From NCBI RefSeq assembly GCF_964194155.1, contig NC_135901.1, positions 25,544,001 to 25,608,000 on the forward strand: 64,000 nt of DNA, written 5' to 3'. Source of the DNA: Cetorhinus maximus (taxonomy: Eukaryota). Positions 10,323-22,647 of the stretch are shown here, one piece after another (positions within the stretch are counted from its first letter, which is position 1; the number at the start of each line of letters is the position of its first letter). The translations under genes and the position numbers were made by a program. Below the pieces are notes generated by a model. It did no database searches, was not told the DNA's origin, and was given only the letters and a program-made list of their open reading frames with translations.

Positions 10323-13300
10323 AAAGCAAAATACTGCAGATACTGGAAATCTGAAATACAAACAGAAAATGCTGGAAAAACTGAGCAGGCCAGCAGCACC
10401 TGTGGAGAGAAAAGCAGAGTTAACATTTTGAGTCCATATGACTTCTTCAGAGCTAAAGGAAGGTAGAAATGTGATGAAATTTATACTGTTTAGTGGGGGA
10501 GGGGGTGGGTGTGTGGTGGAGCAGGTGAAGCTGGATAGAAGGCCAGTGATAGGTGAGGGCAAAGGAGAAATTGACAAAGGTGTCATGAACAAAAAGACAT
10601 CGGGAGTGTTAATGGAAGTGGTAAGGGCCAAAAAAGGTGCTGATAGTGGAATAAAGATAACAAAGCAAAATGTGATAATAGCAGAACAAGGGTAAGCACT
10701 CTGAAAAGAACAACATGGAACAAGTAACAGGTAGCCCTTTTGGGGGTAGGGTGGTGGGAGGGGGCAGTGGTTGTGGATAAAGGATGGAAAAAGGGCTAAA
10801 AAGGGGATAAAACAATGAATAAAAATGAAAATAAGTGGATAAAAAATAAAAATACATTTAAAAAAGGGGGATTAAGAAAGGGTGAAGATAGAGGAGAGAG
10901 TTCATGGTCTGAAGTTGTTGATCTCAGTGTTAAGTCCAGAAGGCTGTAAGGTGCCTAATCAGAAGATACGGTGTTGTTCCTCCAGTTTGCAGTGGGCTTC
11001 ACTGGACATTGCAGCAGGCCAAGGATGGGCATTTGGGCATGAGAGCAGGATGATGTGTTGAAATGGAAAGTGACAGGAAGTTCTGGGTCATGCTTGCGGA
11101 CAGATCGAAGGTGTTCCGCAAAGCGGTCACCCAGTCTGTATTCGGTCTCCCCAGTGTAGAGGAGACCGCATTGGGAGCAGTGAATGCAGTAGACCAAATT
11201 GGAGGAGGTGCAAGTGAAGTGCTGCTTTGGGCCCTTAGACAGCGAGGAGGGAGAAGGTAAACGGGCAGGTGTTGCACCTTCTGCGATAGCATCGGAGGGT
11301 GCTGTGGGAGGGGGATGAGGTGTGGGGGTGATGGAGGAGTGTACCAGGGTGTCCCAGAGAGAATGGTCTCAACAGAATGTCGATGAGGGGGGGCGGGGGG
11401 GCGGTGGGGGGTGAAGGGAAGATGTGTTTGGTGGTGGCATCATGCTGGAGTTATGGAAATGGTGGAGGATGATCTTTTGAATGTGGAGGCTGGTGGGGTG
11501 AAAAGTGAGGACCAAGGGGGACCCTATCGTGGTTCTGGGAGGGAGGGGAAGGTGTGAGGGCAGAGGTGCCGGAGATGGGTCAGAAATGGTTGAGGGCCCT
11601 GTCAATCACAGATGGAGGGAAACCGTGGTTAATGAAGAAGGGAGATATGTCAGAAGCACCATTTGGAAAGTGGCATCATTGGAACAGATGCAACGGAGGT
11701 GAAGGAACTAATTGAATGGGATGGAGTCCTTACAGGAAGCAGGGTGTGAGGGGTTGTAGTCGAGGTAGCTGTGGGAGTCGGTGGACTTGTAGTGAATATT
11801 GGTGGACAGTCTATCACCAGAAACGGAGATAGAGAGGTCAAGGAAGGGAAGGGAAGTGTCAGAGATGGACCATGTGAAGGTGATAGAGGGATGGAAATTG
11901 AACGCAAAATAGATACATTTTTCCAGGTCCAGATGAGAGCATGAAGCAGCACTGAAACAGTCATCGATGTACCAGAAAAGGAGTTGTAGGAGGGAGCCTG
12001 AGTAGAATTGGAACAAGGAATGTTCCACATACCCCACAATGAGACAGGCATAACTGGGACCCACGGGGTACCCATAGCCACACCTTTTATTTGGAGGAAG
12101 TGAGACAAGTTTAAGGAGAAATAGTTCGATGAGAAAACAAGTTCAGCCAGATAGAGGAGAGTGGTGGTGGATGGGGATTGTTCGGGCCTATGTTCAAGGA
12201 AGAAGTGGAGAGCCCTCAGACCATCCTGGTGGGGGATGGAGGTGTAGAGGGATTGGACGTCCATGGTGAAGAGGAGGCGGTTAGGGCCAGGAAACTGGAA
12301 ATTGTTGATATGATGTAGGGTGTCAGAGAAATCGCGGATGTAGGTGGGAAGAGACTGGACAAGGAGAGAGAAAATGAAGCCAAGATCGGAAGAAATGAGT
12401 TCCATGGGGCAGGAACAGGCTGACACAATCGGTCTGCCAAGACAGTCCTGTTTGTGGGTTTTGAGATGGAGGTAGAAGTGGGCTGTCTGGTGTTGGGAGG
12501 AAAGACCTCCAGAGGAGATGAAGTCAATGACAGTCCTGGAAACAATGGCTTGATGTTCGGTGTTGGTGTCATGGCCCAGTGGGAGGTAGGAGGAAGTGTC
12601 TGAGACTTGGCGCTCAGCCTCTGTGAGGTAGAGGTCAGTACGCTAGACAACAACAGCACCACCCTTGTCAGCAGGTTTGATAACAAAGTCAGGGTTAGAC
12701 CTAAGAGAATGGAGTGCAGCAAGTTCAGAAGGAGACAGGTTAGAGTGGGTGAGAGGAGCAGAGAAATTGAGACAGCTGATGTCATGCCGACAGTTCTCAA
12801 TGAAAAGATCATGAGCAGGTAAGATGCCAGAGGGAGGGGTCCAAGTGGAGGGATAATACTGGAGCGGGTGAAAGGATCCATTGAACAGGGGGAGGACTCC
12901 TGCCCAAAGAAGTGAGCACAGAGATGAAGGCGGCAGAAGAAGAGTTCAGCATCATGCCGAGCCCGAAATTCATTAAGGTGAGGGTGTAAGGGTTTGAAAC
13001 AGAGTCCTTTGCTGAATATTGAACATTCAGCATCAGAGAGGGGAAGGTCAGAGCGTATGGTGAAAAAATGGCAAGGGCTGGGGTCAGAAGACAGGATGGG
13101 GTCAGAGGGATAGGAAGGGGTGGAGGGTCCTGGATGGGCATTGGTATCAATGAGTTGTTGGAACTTGTGTCCCTTAACACTTGAAAGGAAGAGAAAAAGT
13201 TTCATGTTAAGGCGTCAGATGAGACGAAGAATGAAATGAAACTGGGGACAAGGACAGACTTGAGATAGTGTGAGTAGCTGCTGCTGGAGAGAGAGAGAAA

Positions 13301-13541
13301 GAAAGTGCACATATGGCAGCACATGGCACTGAGTATGGATCTCAGGATGCAGAGAACACCACTCCGAGGAACGTTGTATGTCCCAGAGATACCTGTAATC
13401 CTGGATGGATTCTAAACATGAGGGATGGAACTTCAGTTGGAATCCATGCGAGATAAGTCGGAGACGGAGACAGTCGTTGAGAAAGGAAATATGGCTGTGA
13501 AAGCGAGTTTTGGTAAAAACCTTGTCAAACACTAGGAGGGA
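10323..13541 (-). mobile_element. Penelope-like element (RT + GIY-YIG endonuclease, frameshifted) with a 15-bp TSD
   Basis: RT motifs MDVQSLY, GVAMGT, MGPSYA and WYIDD. GIY-YIG motif VYCIHCSQCGLLYTGET..RLGDRFAEH. Flanked by AATATCTCCTCAGCA at 10308-10322 and 13542-13556. Confidence 0.92.
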
Positions 13542-13659
13542 AATATCTCCTCAGCACACTAGTCAATCAATCTTTCCACAAGGGTGTGTGTGCCTGAGAA
13601 GTTTCCAACTGGAAAACCTTTTCCATTCACCTCTTACATTACTACAGCAGATATACATT

Positions 13660-14795
13660 AGAATCATAGAACCATAGAAAACTTACAGCACAGAAGGAAG
13701 CCATTCAGCCCATCTTGTCCATGCCATCCCGAGGACACCCAGGTGCCCTTTCTAATCCCACCTTCCTACACCCGGCCCATAGCCCTGCAGCTTGCAGCAC
13801 TTAAGGTGCAGATCCAGGTACTTTTTAAAAGAGTTTAGAGTTTCTGCCTCTACCACCAACTTGGGCAGCGGATTCCAGACACTCACTACCCTCTGCGTAA
13901 AAAAGTTCTTCCTCATGTCCCCCCTACACCCTCTGCCACTTATCTTGAATCTATGTCCCCTGGTTCTAGGATTCTCCACCAAGGGATGCAATTTTATCCT
14001 GTCCACTCTATTTGTTCCCCTCATAATTTTGTACACCTCAATCAAGTCACCTCTCAGCCTTCTTTGTTCAAAGAAAAATAACCCCAAACTATCCAATCTC
14101 TCCTCGTAGCTACACTTTTCTAACCCTGGCAACATTCTTGTAAACCTCCTCTGCACTCTCTCCAGTGCTATTACGTCCTTCCTGTAATGTGGTGACCAGA
14201 ACTGCACACAATGCTCCAGTTGTGGCCTCACCAGTGTTTTATACAATTCCAACATTATATCCTTACTTTTATATTCTATACCTCTGCCAATGAAGGAGAG
14301 CATTCCATATGCCTTCTTTACAACTTTGTCTACTTAAAATGCTGCCTTCAGGGACCTGTGTACTTGTACACCAAGATCTCTCACTTCATCTACCCATCTT
14401 AGCATATTCCCATTTATTTTGTAATCCCTGTAACTGTTTGACCTCCCTAAATGTATGACCTCACATTTCTCTATGTTAAAATCCATCTGCCACTTTACCG
14501 CCCACTCCACCAACCCATCTATATTGTTTTGGAGATTATGGCTATCCTTTGCATTATCCACTACTCAGCCAATCTTTGTGTCATCTGCAAATTTCCCAAT
14601 CGTGCCCCCCATGTTCACGTCCAAATCGTTAATATATAACACAAACAGCAAGGGTCCCAACACCGAGCCCTGTGGAACACCACTTGAGACAACTTTCCAT
14701 TCGCATGGGCATCCATCGACCATTACCCTTTGTTTCCTGTTACAAAGCTAACTTTTTATCCAGTTTGCCACATTATCCTGAATCCCATGGGCTTT
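13660..14795 (-). mobile_element. 5'-truncated vertebrate-type CR1 LINE
   Basis: ORF 13752..14303 contains LVRPQLEHCVQFWSP...RRLRGDLIEVYKIM. TACATT is duplicated at 13654-13659 and 14796-14801. Confidence 0.9.
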
Positions 14796-15072
14796 TACAT
14801 TGTCCTGACAGTGTCAGCAGAGCTGTGGAAGTAATGGACAAATCCTCCAAAGAGCCAGCACAGATATGATGGGCCTAATGGTTTCCATCTGTACAGTATT
14901 GTTCTATAAAACAGTGAATATTCTGTTCAGGAGATAGAGAGAGAAAGAGAGAGGGACTAGTGACTGTGGGATTGAACCCAGCCAGAGTCAGCACCTTCAG
15001 GGCAGGAGTGAGAGAGAGGGAAACCGGTGGGAAAGTTTTAAAAGCTCAGTGTATTCCCACAGGAGAGCAGAG

Positions 15073-16015
15073 TCATACAGTTATACAGCACATAAACAGG
15101 CCCTTCGGCCCATCATGTACATGCTGGCCATCAAGCACCTATCTACTCCAATCCTATTTTCCAGCACTTGGTCAGTAGCCCTGTATGCTATGGCGTTTCA
15201 AGTTCTCATCTAAATACTTCCTAAATGTTGTGAGGGTTCCTGCCTCTACCACCCCCTCAGGCAGTGTGTTCCAGATTCCAACTGCCCTCTGGGTGAAAAG
15301 TTTTTCCCTCAAATCCCCTCTAAACCTCCTGCCCCTTACCTTAAACCTATGCCCCCTGGTTACTGACACCTGGGCTAAGGGGAAAAGTTTCTTCCTATCT
15401 ACCCTATCTATGCCCCTCATGATTTTGTGTACTTCTATCATGTCCCCCCTCAGTCTTCTCTGTTCTAAGGAAAACAACCCCAGCCTATCCAATCTCTCTT
15501 CATAGCTGAAATGCTCCAGCCCAGGCAACATCCTGGTGAATCTCCTCTGCACCCCCTCCAGTACAATCACATCCTTCCTATAGTGTGGTGACTAGAGCTG
15601 CACACAGTGCTCCAGCTGTGGCCTAACTAGCGTTTCATACAGCTCAAACATAACCTCCCTGCTCTTATGTTGTATGCCTCGACAAATAAAGGCAAGTACC
15701 CCATATTCCTTCTTAACCACATTATCTACCTGTGCTGCTGCCTTCAGGGATCTATGGACATGTACACCCATGTCCCCATGTGCTTCCTACTATTCATTGT
15801 GTATTCCCTAGCCGTGTTAGTCCTTCTAAAATGCATCACCTCACACTTCTCAGGATTAAATTCCATTTGCCACTGCTCTGCCCATTTTACCAGCCCATCT
15901 AAATCGTCCTGTAATCTAAGGCTTTCCTCCCCACTATTTACGACACCACCAATTTTCGTGTCATCTGTGAATTTATTGATCATACCTCCTATATTCAAGT
16001 CTAAATCATTTACAG
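15073..16015 (-). mobile_element. 5'-truncated vertebrate-type CR1 LINE
   Basis: ORFs 15744..15998 (KFTDDTKIGG) and 15172..15570 (RRLRGDMIEV). The element is absent from the paralogous site near 47265. Confidence 0.9.
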
Positions 16016-16139
16016 CATTAAACTACTTTCAGAAATGGAACATAGAAGTGCGGAGATTCACAAGGATTTATGTGTTTTTTTAAATTAATTTATCTCAATT
16101 ACGTAACAAAATTATTTCCTGTTCTGTGTTTGGATGTTT

Positions 16140-16680
16140 TAATGGCGCTGATGTTACCCAACATTCCCTGCGGGTGTGAATGTGCTCTATACACTCTACA
16201 GGAGGCCAGTACGCAGGCGCAGTGCTGAACAATCTGGAGCATGCGCAGTCTCACTTTGCTCGGGCCGTGTGGGTGCTGGAGAGGTTTTTGGAAACGAGTG
16301 AGAGCGAGCAGGCGGAGGGAGGAATGCAGCCGGGAGCTGAGAGTCGAGAGGGAGCCGAGGTTTCATAAACACCAGGTGTTGGCCTCAAACCCAGAATAAG
16401 AGGAATGGAATCGCGTTTGCAGGTCCGGGCCTTTTACCCGGGAGCGTCCCCAGGTTACGTCTGCCATCATGTTTCAGCGGGAGCAGTGCGCATGCGGGAT
16501 CATCTTGGTGACGGAACAGAACATGGGCGGGGCTTCAGGGTCCCAGCGACCAGGAGAGAAAATCATTGCCTCATTGATTTTACTCTCACTCCGCACATCG
16601 GAGCTGGCGCCTGACCTGGGTTAACGGATGGGTAATGTGCTGCAGGGCGCATGTGCAACCGTCTGAAGAACGTAAAAATG
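16140..16680 (+). promoter_or_regulatory. CpG-island promoter/first exon of unit C
   Basis: ZNF143/Staf-like TACCCAACATTCCCTGCG at 16155-16172. NRF1-like GAGCATGCGCA near 16237 and TGCGCATGCG near 16487. Paralogous to 47390-47960. Confidence 0.65.
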
Positions 16681-16869
16681 ACATCAGAATTAGTAGTTTC
16701 TGGGTCAAAATCCTGGAATACCCTAACAGCACTGTGCGTGTACCTACACCACATGGACTGCAGTGATTCAAGAAGGAAGCCCACCACCACCTTCTGAAAA
16801 GCAACAAGGGATGAGCAATTAATGCTAGCCCAGCTAGTGAAGCCCACATCCCCATTAATGAAAAAAAAA

Positions 16870-17365
16870 GACCATTTGGGCCATCATGTCTACTCCCCCA
16901 TTTAATAAGATCATGGCTGATCTGATTGTGGCCTAAACTGCACTTTCCTGCTGCCTTATCAAAGGTTTGGAATAACCTTTGACTCCCTTGTAGATCAAAA
17001 TTCTCTTTAACTCAGCTTTGAATATATTCAATGGCCAGTCTCCACTGCTCACTGGAGAAGAGAATTCCAAAGACTGATGACCCTCAGAGAGAAGAATTTT
17101 CTCCTCATCTCAGTTTTAAATGGGAGACCCTTTATTTTTCAACCGTGTCCCCTAGTTTGAGAATGCCCCATGAGACGAAACATCCTGTCGGCAGCTACTC
17201 TGTCAAAGCCCCTCAGAATCTCATATGTTTCAATAAGATCGCTTATTCTTCTAAACTCCAATGAGTACAGCCCCAACCTGCTCAACCTTTCATCATAAGA
17301 CAAACCCCCTCATCCCAGGAACCAGCCTAGTGAACCTTCTCTTACCTGCTTCCAATTCCAATGTC
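16870..17365 (-). mobile_element. CR1 3' fragment
   Basis: Similar to the 3' parts of 27325-27800 and 55675-56150. A matching fragment is present in paralog G at 48350-48630. Confidence 0.75.
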
Positions 17366-17944
17366 GCTGCTTAAGTAATCCTGGGCCAGGGAGCAGGAGA
17401 AGATGATAGTGAGAATTTCTATCCTGGACTGACAGAGATGGATTTTGGAACCTCCTTTTACAGGGGGTTACAAGGGGTGGATTTACACACAGCAAACTCA
17501 GATCAAGAGAAATGTTTGTCTCTTCTCAATTTCTAACCTCAACTGACACTTATGACCTTTGTAATCTCCTTTTACAGAGAGTTAGAAGATTTGAAGACTG
17601 CCAGATTTTTCTCTGCCTCCAGTGTTTCTGATGTCTTTCCAACTGCAGGCTCCAGCAGGAGATTTTAAAATTGAAATTATTTCAGAGGTGAGCATTATTG
17701 AGTGTCCACCTGCAATTTAGAGCTTTTAGTGCCGTGCTCTGGTTCCATGGCTCTGGGGCTGGTGTTGCGGCTTTACTGTGGATTTGAACCCATGTCTATC
17801 CACTGCTCTGTTTCACCTCTGTCCTCCCCAGTCACCTCTCTGCCATTGTCTAACTTCCACTTCCTCTAATGATGGGTGTTTTCTGACCATGTTTGGTATT
17901 TTACTGTTATTTCTGACAACTGTATCTAAATGGACATGGACTGC

Positions 17945-18803
17945 CAGATACTGAAGCAGCCCATGTCCAAATGCAGCAAGACCTGGACAATATCCAGGCT
18001 TGGGCTGACAAGTGACAAGTAACATTCGTGCCACACAAGTGTCAGGCAATGACCATCTCCAACAAGAGAGAAAATAACCATTGCCCCTCAATGTTCAATG
18101 GCATTATGATCACTGAATCCCCCACTATCAACGTCCTGTGGGTTACCATTGACCAGAAACTGAACTGGACTAGCCATATAAATACTGTGGCTTCAAGAGC
18201 AGGTCAGAGGCTAGGGATCCTGTGATGAGTAACTCACCCCCTCACTCCCTAAAGCCTGTCCACCATCTACAAGGCACAAGTCAGGTGTGTGATGGAATAC
18301 TCCCCACTTGCCTGGATGAGTGCAGCTCCCACAACACTGAAGAAGCTTGACACCATCCAGGACAAAGCAGCCCACTTGATTGGCACCACATCCATAAACA
18401 TTCACTCCCTCCACCACTGATGGACAGTAGCAGCAGTGTGTACCATCTACAAGATGCACTGCAGGAACACACCAAGGCTCCTTAGACAGCACCTTCCAAA
18501 CCCACGACCAGTACGATCTAGAAGGACAAGGGCAGCAGATAGATGGGAACACCACCACCTGGAGGTTCCCCTCCAAGTAACTTACCATCCTGACTTGGAA
18601 ATATATCGCCGTTCCTTCGCTGTCGCTGGGTCAAGATCCTGGAACTCCCTTCCTAACAGCACTTGTGGGTGCACCGACACCACACGGACTGCAACAGTTC
18701 AAGAAGGCAGCTCACCACCACCTTCTCAAGGGCAACTAGGGATGGGCAATAAATGCTGGCCCAGCCAGTGAAGCGCACAAACGTTGAATGAATATATTAA
18801 AAA
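17945..18803 (+). mobile_element. 3' fragment of CR1-group LINE family 2
   Basis: Near-colinear with 9025-9870. Confidence 0.88.
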
Positions 18804-19384
18804 ATGAGGCTTCCACTGCTTCCCCAGCTATGTGCTGATGGTTTATCAGCTTTATCTTCCCATGGCCAGGAATTGTTTTTCCTGCACTAAAGATCGTTTC
18901 TCTTCCACTTTTGAGCTTATGTTGACCTTCAAATTGTGTCCCATTTTTATTCCACCAGATTAATTCTGCACACCCTGAAATGTTAACTCTGTTTCTCTTT
19001 TCACAGTTACTGTCTGATGTGCTGAGTATTTCTAGAATTTGCTCTTTTTATTTCAGATTTCCAGCAACTGCAATATTTTGCTATTATTTTATTGCAGGTG
19101 TTTCTCACAGAACCAAACCTAGAAACGCAGACGAACCAGTTAAGAGCCACTTTGTATCAGGGTGGACATTGGTTGCAAAGTTTGGTCGCTGGCCTCTAAT
19201 GTAGGTCTTTTTCATTGAGTTATAGGATCACTGAATGATGACAATACAGAAGGAGACTATTTAACCCATCATGTCCATGCTGGATTTCTGCAAGAGAAAA
19301 TCAGTTCATCTCACTCCCTTATCCTTTCTTTGCAGCCCAGCTTTTCCTCTTCAGGTGTTTATCCAATTCCCTTCCGGTGAGGGT

Positions 19385-19672
19385 TTCAGCAGCAGATGAG
19401 CTGAGACTAGGATGGAGTTGGGTGATGTTACTGAGGTGGAAGCAGGCAGTCTTGGTGGTAACATGGATATCTGGTTGTAAGCTCATCTTGGGGTAAAATA
19501 TTATTCTGAAGTTGTGAAAAGTCTGCTTCAACCTCACCCATTTGCCAGGGAGAGGGATGGAGTCTGTGGCTAGGGAGTGGAGTTTGTAGTGGGGACTGAA
19601 GAGAATGGCTTCAGTCTTCCCAATGTTTAAATAAAATAAATTTCTGCTTATACAGTACTGTATGTCAGACAA
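19385..19672 (-). mobile_element. L2-type LINE fragment
   Basis: ORF 19319..19672 contains FYLNIGKTEAILF and ACFHLSNITQLHPSLS. Also present in paralog G at about 49780-50050. Confidence 0.7.
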
Positions 19673-19938
19673 CTCAGGACGGTGTGTGACTTGGGAGGAA
19701 ACTCGGTGGTGATGGTTTTCACATAGACCTGCTACCCTGGTTCTTCTAGATAGCGCATCAAGGTTTGGGAGATTCTGTCAAAGCTCTGGTTGAGTTGAAG
19801 ATGTACAAAATCTCTCTCCTTTGAGCCCCTCCCCCCCCCGTACTTCTCCCATCTCCCTCTCTCTCTCTCTGTCCCCTCTCATAGAGGACAGAGTTTTGCA
19901 TAGGTCCAGACTGGGTGAAAGGCTCCCTTCCCTGAAGG

Positions 19939-20931
19939 TGTTATGATATGGCAGATGGTATTTGCCAGGTTAACCAAATCCCAGAGGGAAACTTGGCCAG
20001 GCTATCACAATGATTTTGCAATTTGTATTTATTATGAGAAGGTTTGTGTACTGAAGTCAGAAGTAACGAGTCCACTACCAACTTTAGAAATTTTTAAAGA
20101 TTATATTAAAACATTAACAAAAGAAAAAAAAAATTAAATGCACAGAAGATTACAGTTACTTAGTCTGATAACAGTTCCCAAAACTACTAAATAACCGGAC
20201 TCCCAACTACACACCCCTTTCAGGAAACAGTCCAAAATAGATTCTTAATCTATAAAACACTCAGCAAGATTACCACAAGCACCCACTGTTGCTGTAAGGG
20301 AGGTAACTCGCAGTTTCTTTCTCCTCCCTACTTTCTTTCTCCCTCTCGCTCGACAGTGAAACTCGAAAGGCTTTTAACATACCCTTGGTTACTGGAACAG
20401 CAAACTTCTCCAGGATAGCCGGAGGCTTTTTCCACAATTCTGTTTCACACAGTGCACTTTTCAAGATCTCACACAGCCACACCCATACAGCTTTCCATCA
20501 TTCTTTTAAATATATTTTCTTCCTTTTTGATCTGTAAATCCCATTGTTTCCATCTATCTTTGGAATTTATATTTCCCAGAATATAAAAATCTTTTATGAT
20601 GTCATTATGGCCAGCACTTTTGGGAAAAATAGCATAATAACTTAGCCTTATTTACCTTGCCGGTTGCAACCATCTTACGACGTCCCTTTGAAAAGCCAAC
20701 AACCTCTCCACTTATCTAAAAATGCAAATTCCCTTTTACTTAGCTCGTCTATTAGCATTTTCAATGCCTCTTTTTTACACTTAACTCCTTTGTTGATTTA
20801 AACCTTGCAGTCTAACAGTCTGCAGTTTACTTAAATAATGCACACACTCAGAAATATACACACACACAAACATAAGCCTGCTTTAAAGTATCCCACAGTA
20901 ATATCAGGAAAAATATGATAGTTACTTTACA
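19939..20931. mobile_element. Solo LTR (about 993 bp) with a 4-bp TSD
   Basis: Begins TGTTA and ends TTACA, with AAGG on both sides (19935-19938 and 20932-20935). It interrupts CCTGAAGGACAT.AGTGAA, which is uninterrupted near 38705 and 50291. Confidence 0.8.
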
Positions 20932-21089
20932 AAGGATATTAGTGAACCAGTTGGGTTTTTATGACAGTCCAGCGGTTTTCATGGTCACTTTTTCCTTGTG
21001 CCGGCCTCACAAATTATCAGATTCATTCAGCTCAATTTCACAACCTGCCTTTCTGCTTTTATTTTTTCTGCTTTAAACTAATTTCACAG

Positions 21090-22229
21090 GGTATTAAAAG
21101 GGGAGGATTCGCCGTCAGGAAGCTCAAACATCATGCCAGGATCTGTTGCAGTTGCCCAATTTATCGTATCCTGAATATCATCAGATTTTTAACATGGAGG
21201 CAAAAAGCACCGTTCACAGTGGGGAGAAACCGTACACATGTTCAGTGTGTGGATGAGGCTTCAGCCAATCATCTGACCTGGCGAGACACAAGCGCAGTCA
21301 CACTGTGGAGAAATGGTGGAAATGTGGGGTCTGTAATGAGGGATTCAGATTCCCATCTGAGCTGGAAGCTCATCGACGCAGTCACACTGGGGAGAAGCCG
21401 TTCGCCTGCTCCGTGTGTGACAAAGGATTCATTCGGTCATCCCACTCTGCTGAAACACCAGCGAGTTCACACTGAGGAGAGACTTTTTAAATGCCCAGAT
21501 TGTGGGAAGTGCTATAAAAGTTCTGATGTGCTGATGTCCCATCAACGTGTTCACACTGACGAGAGACCTTTTAAATGCCGAGATTGCGGGAAGTGCTTTA
21601 AAAGTTCCAGTGCACTGATGTCCCATCAACGTGTTCACACTGACGAGAGACCGTTCAGATGTTCTTTTTGTGAGACTGGGTTTAGACAATCATCTCAACT
21701 TACTGTACACCAGCGGATTCACACGGGGGAGAGGCCATTTACCTGCATTGAGTGAGGAAGGGATTCACTTGGTTAACTGACCTCCTGACACACCAGTGCG
21801 TTCACACTGGGGAGAGACCATTCATCTGCCCCGTGTGTGAGAAGAGTTTCACTACCTTATCCAACCTGCTGATACATCAACGCACTCACACTGGGGAGAG
21901 GCCATTCACCTGTACTGAGTGGGAAAGGATTCATTCAGTCATCCACCTTGCTGATACACAAGCAAGTTCATACTGGGGAGAGGCCATTCACCTGCTCTGA
22001 GTGTGGGAAGGGATTCACCACCTTATCCAACCTGCTGACACACCAGCGAGTTCACACTGGGGAGAGGTCATTCACCTGCTTTGTGTGTGAGAAGAGATTT
22101 GCTCACTCATCCTCCCTGCTGAGACACAAGCGGGTTCACACTGGGGAGAGGCCATTCATATGGTCTATGTGTAATAAGAGATTTGCTCACTCATCCCACC
22201 TGCTGAGACACCAGTGGGTTCATGAATAA
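21090..22229 (+). pseudogene. C2H2-ZNF pseudogene (unit C)
   Basis: Acceptor AG at 21088-21089 and ATG at 21194 ([16 protein letters not shown]). In-frame TGA at 21254-21256 and frameshifts near 21445, 21752 and 21920. About 12 finger remnants are split over three frames. Confidence 0.85.
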
Positions 22230-22430
22230 CTATGGTGATGGAGTTTGCTGTTAATCAAATCTAGGATTGAACCATGTTCATTGGAGTCTGTTTCTGCTAA
22301 TGTTAATAAACTCCAGCCCACGTTTAGTGGTTAACATTGTGGATAAAAGTCAAATAAATCAGCTTTGTGTTAAGTACAGTGTACAAAAGGCTCCTTTACA
22401 ACTGTGTTTAGAATCAAGGAGAACAACAGT

Positions 22431-22647
22431 GAAATAAAAATGAAATGGTGTGGATGCAGCAAATCTAAAGTAAAAACAGAAAGTGCTGTAAAAACTCAGC
22501 CGGTCTGGCAGCATCTCTGGAGAGAGAAAAACCAAGTTAATGTTTCAGAACCGAAGAAGAGTCATCTTGGACTCAAAACGTTAATTCTGTTTCTCTCGCC
22601 ACTGATGCTGCCAGACCTGCTGAGATTTTGCAGCAATCTCTGTTTTT
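22431..22647. mobile_element. Foldback Penelope-terminal element with a central hammerhead-like core and a TSD
   Basis: Two arms in inverted orientation, flanked by AGAACAACAGT at 22420-22430 and 22648-22658. The empty paralogous site is at about 6116-6126. Confidence 0.8.

Noticed and set aside
12216-13205. 329-aa ORF as a host gene
   Set aside because: It is a frameshifted N-terminal part of the Penelope ORF, and the remainder is off-frame low-complexity translation.
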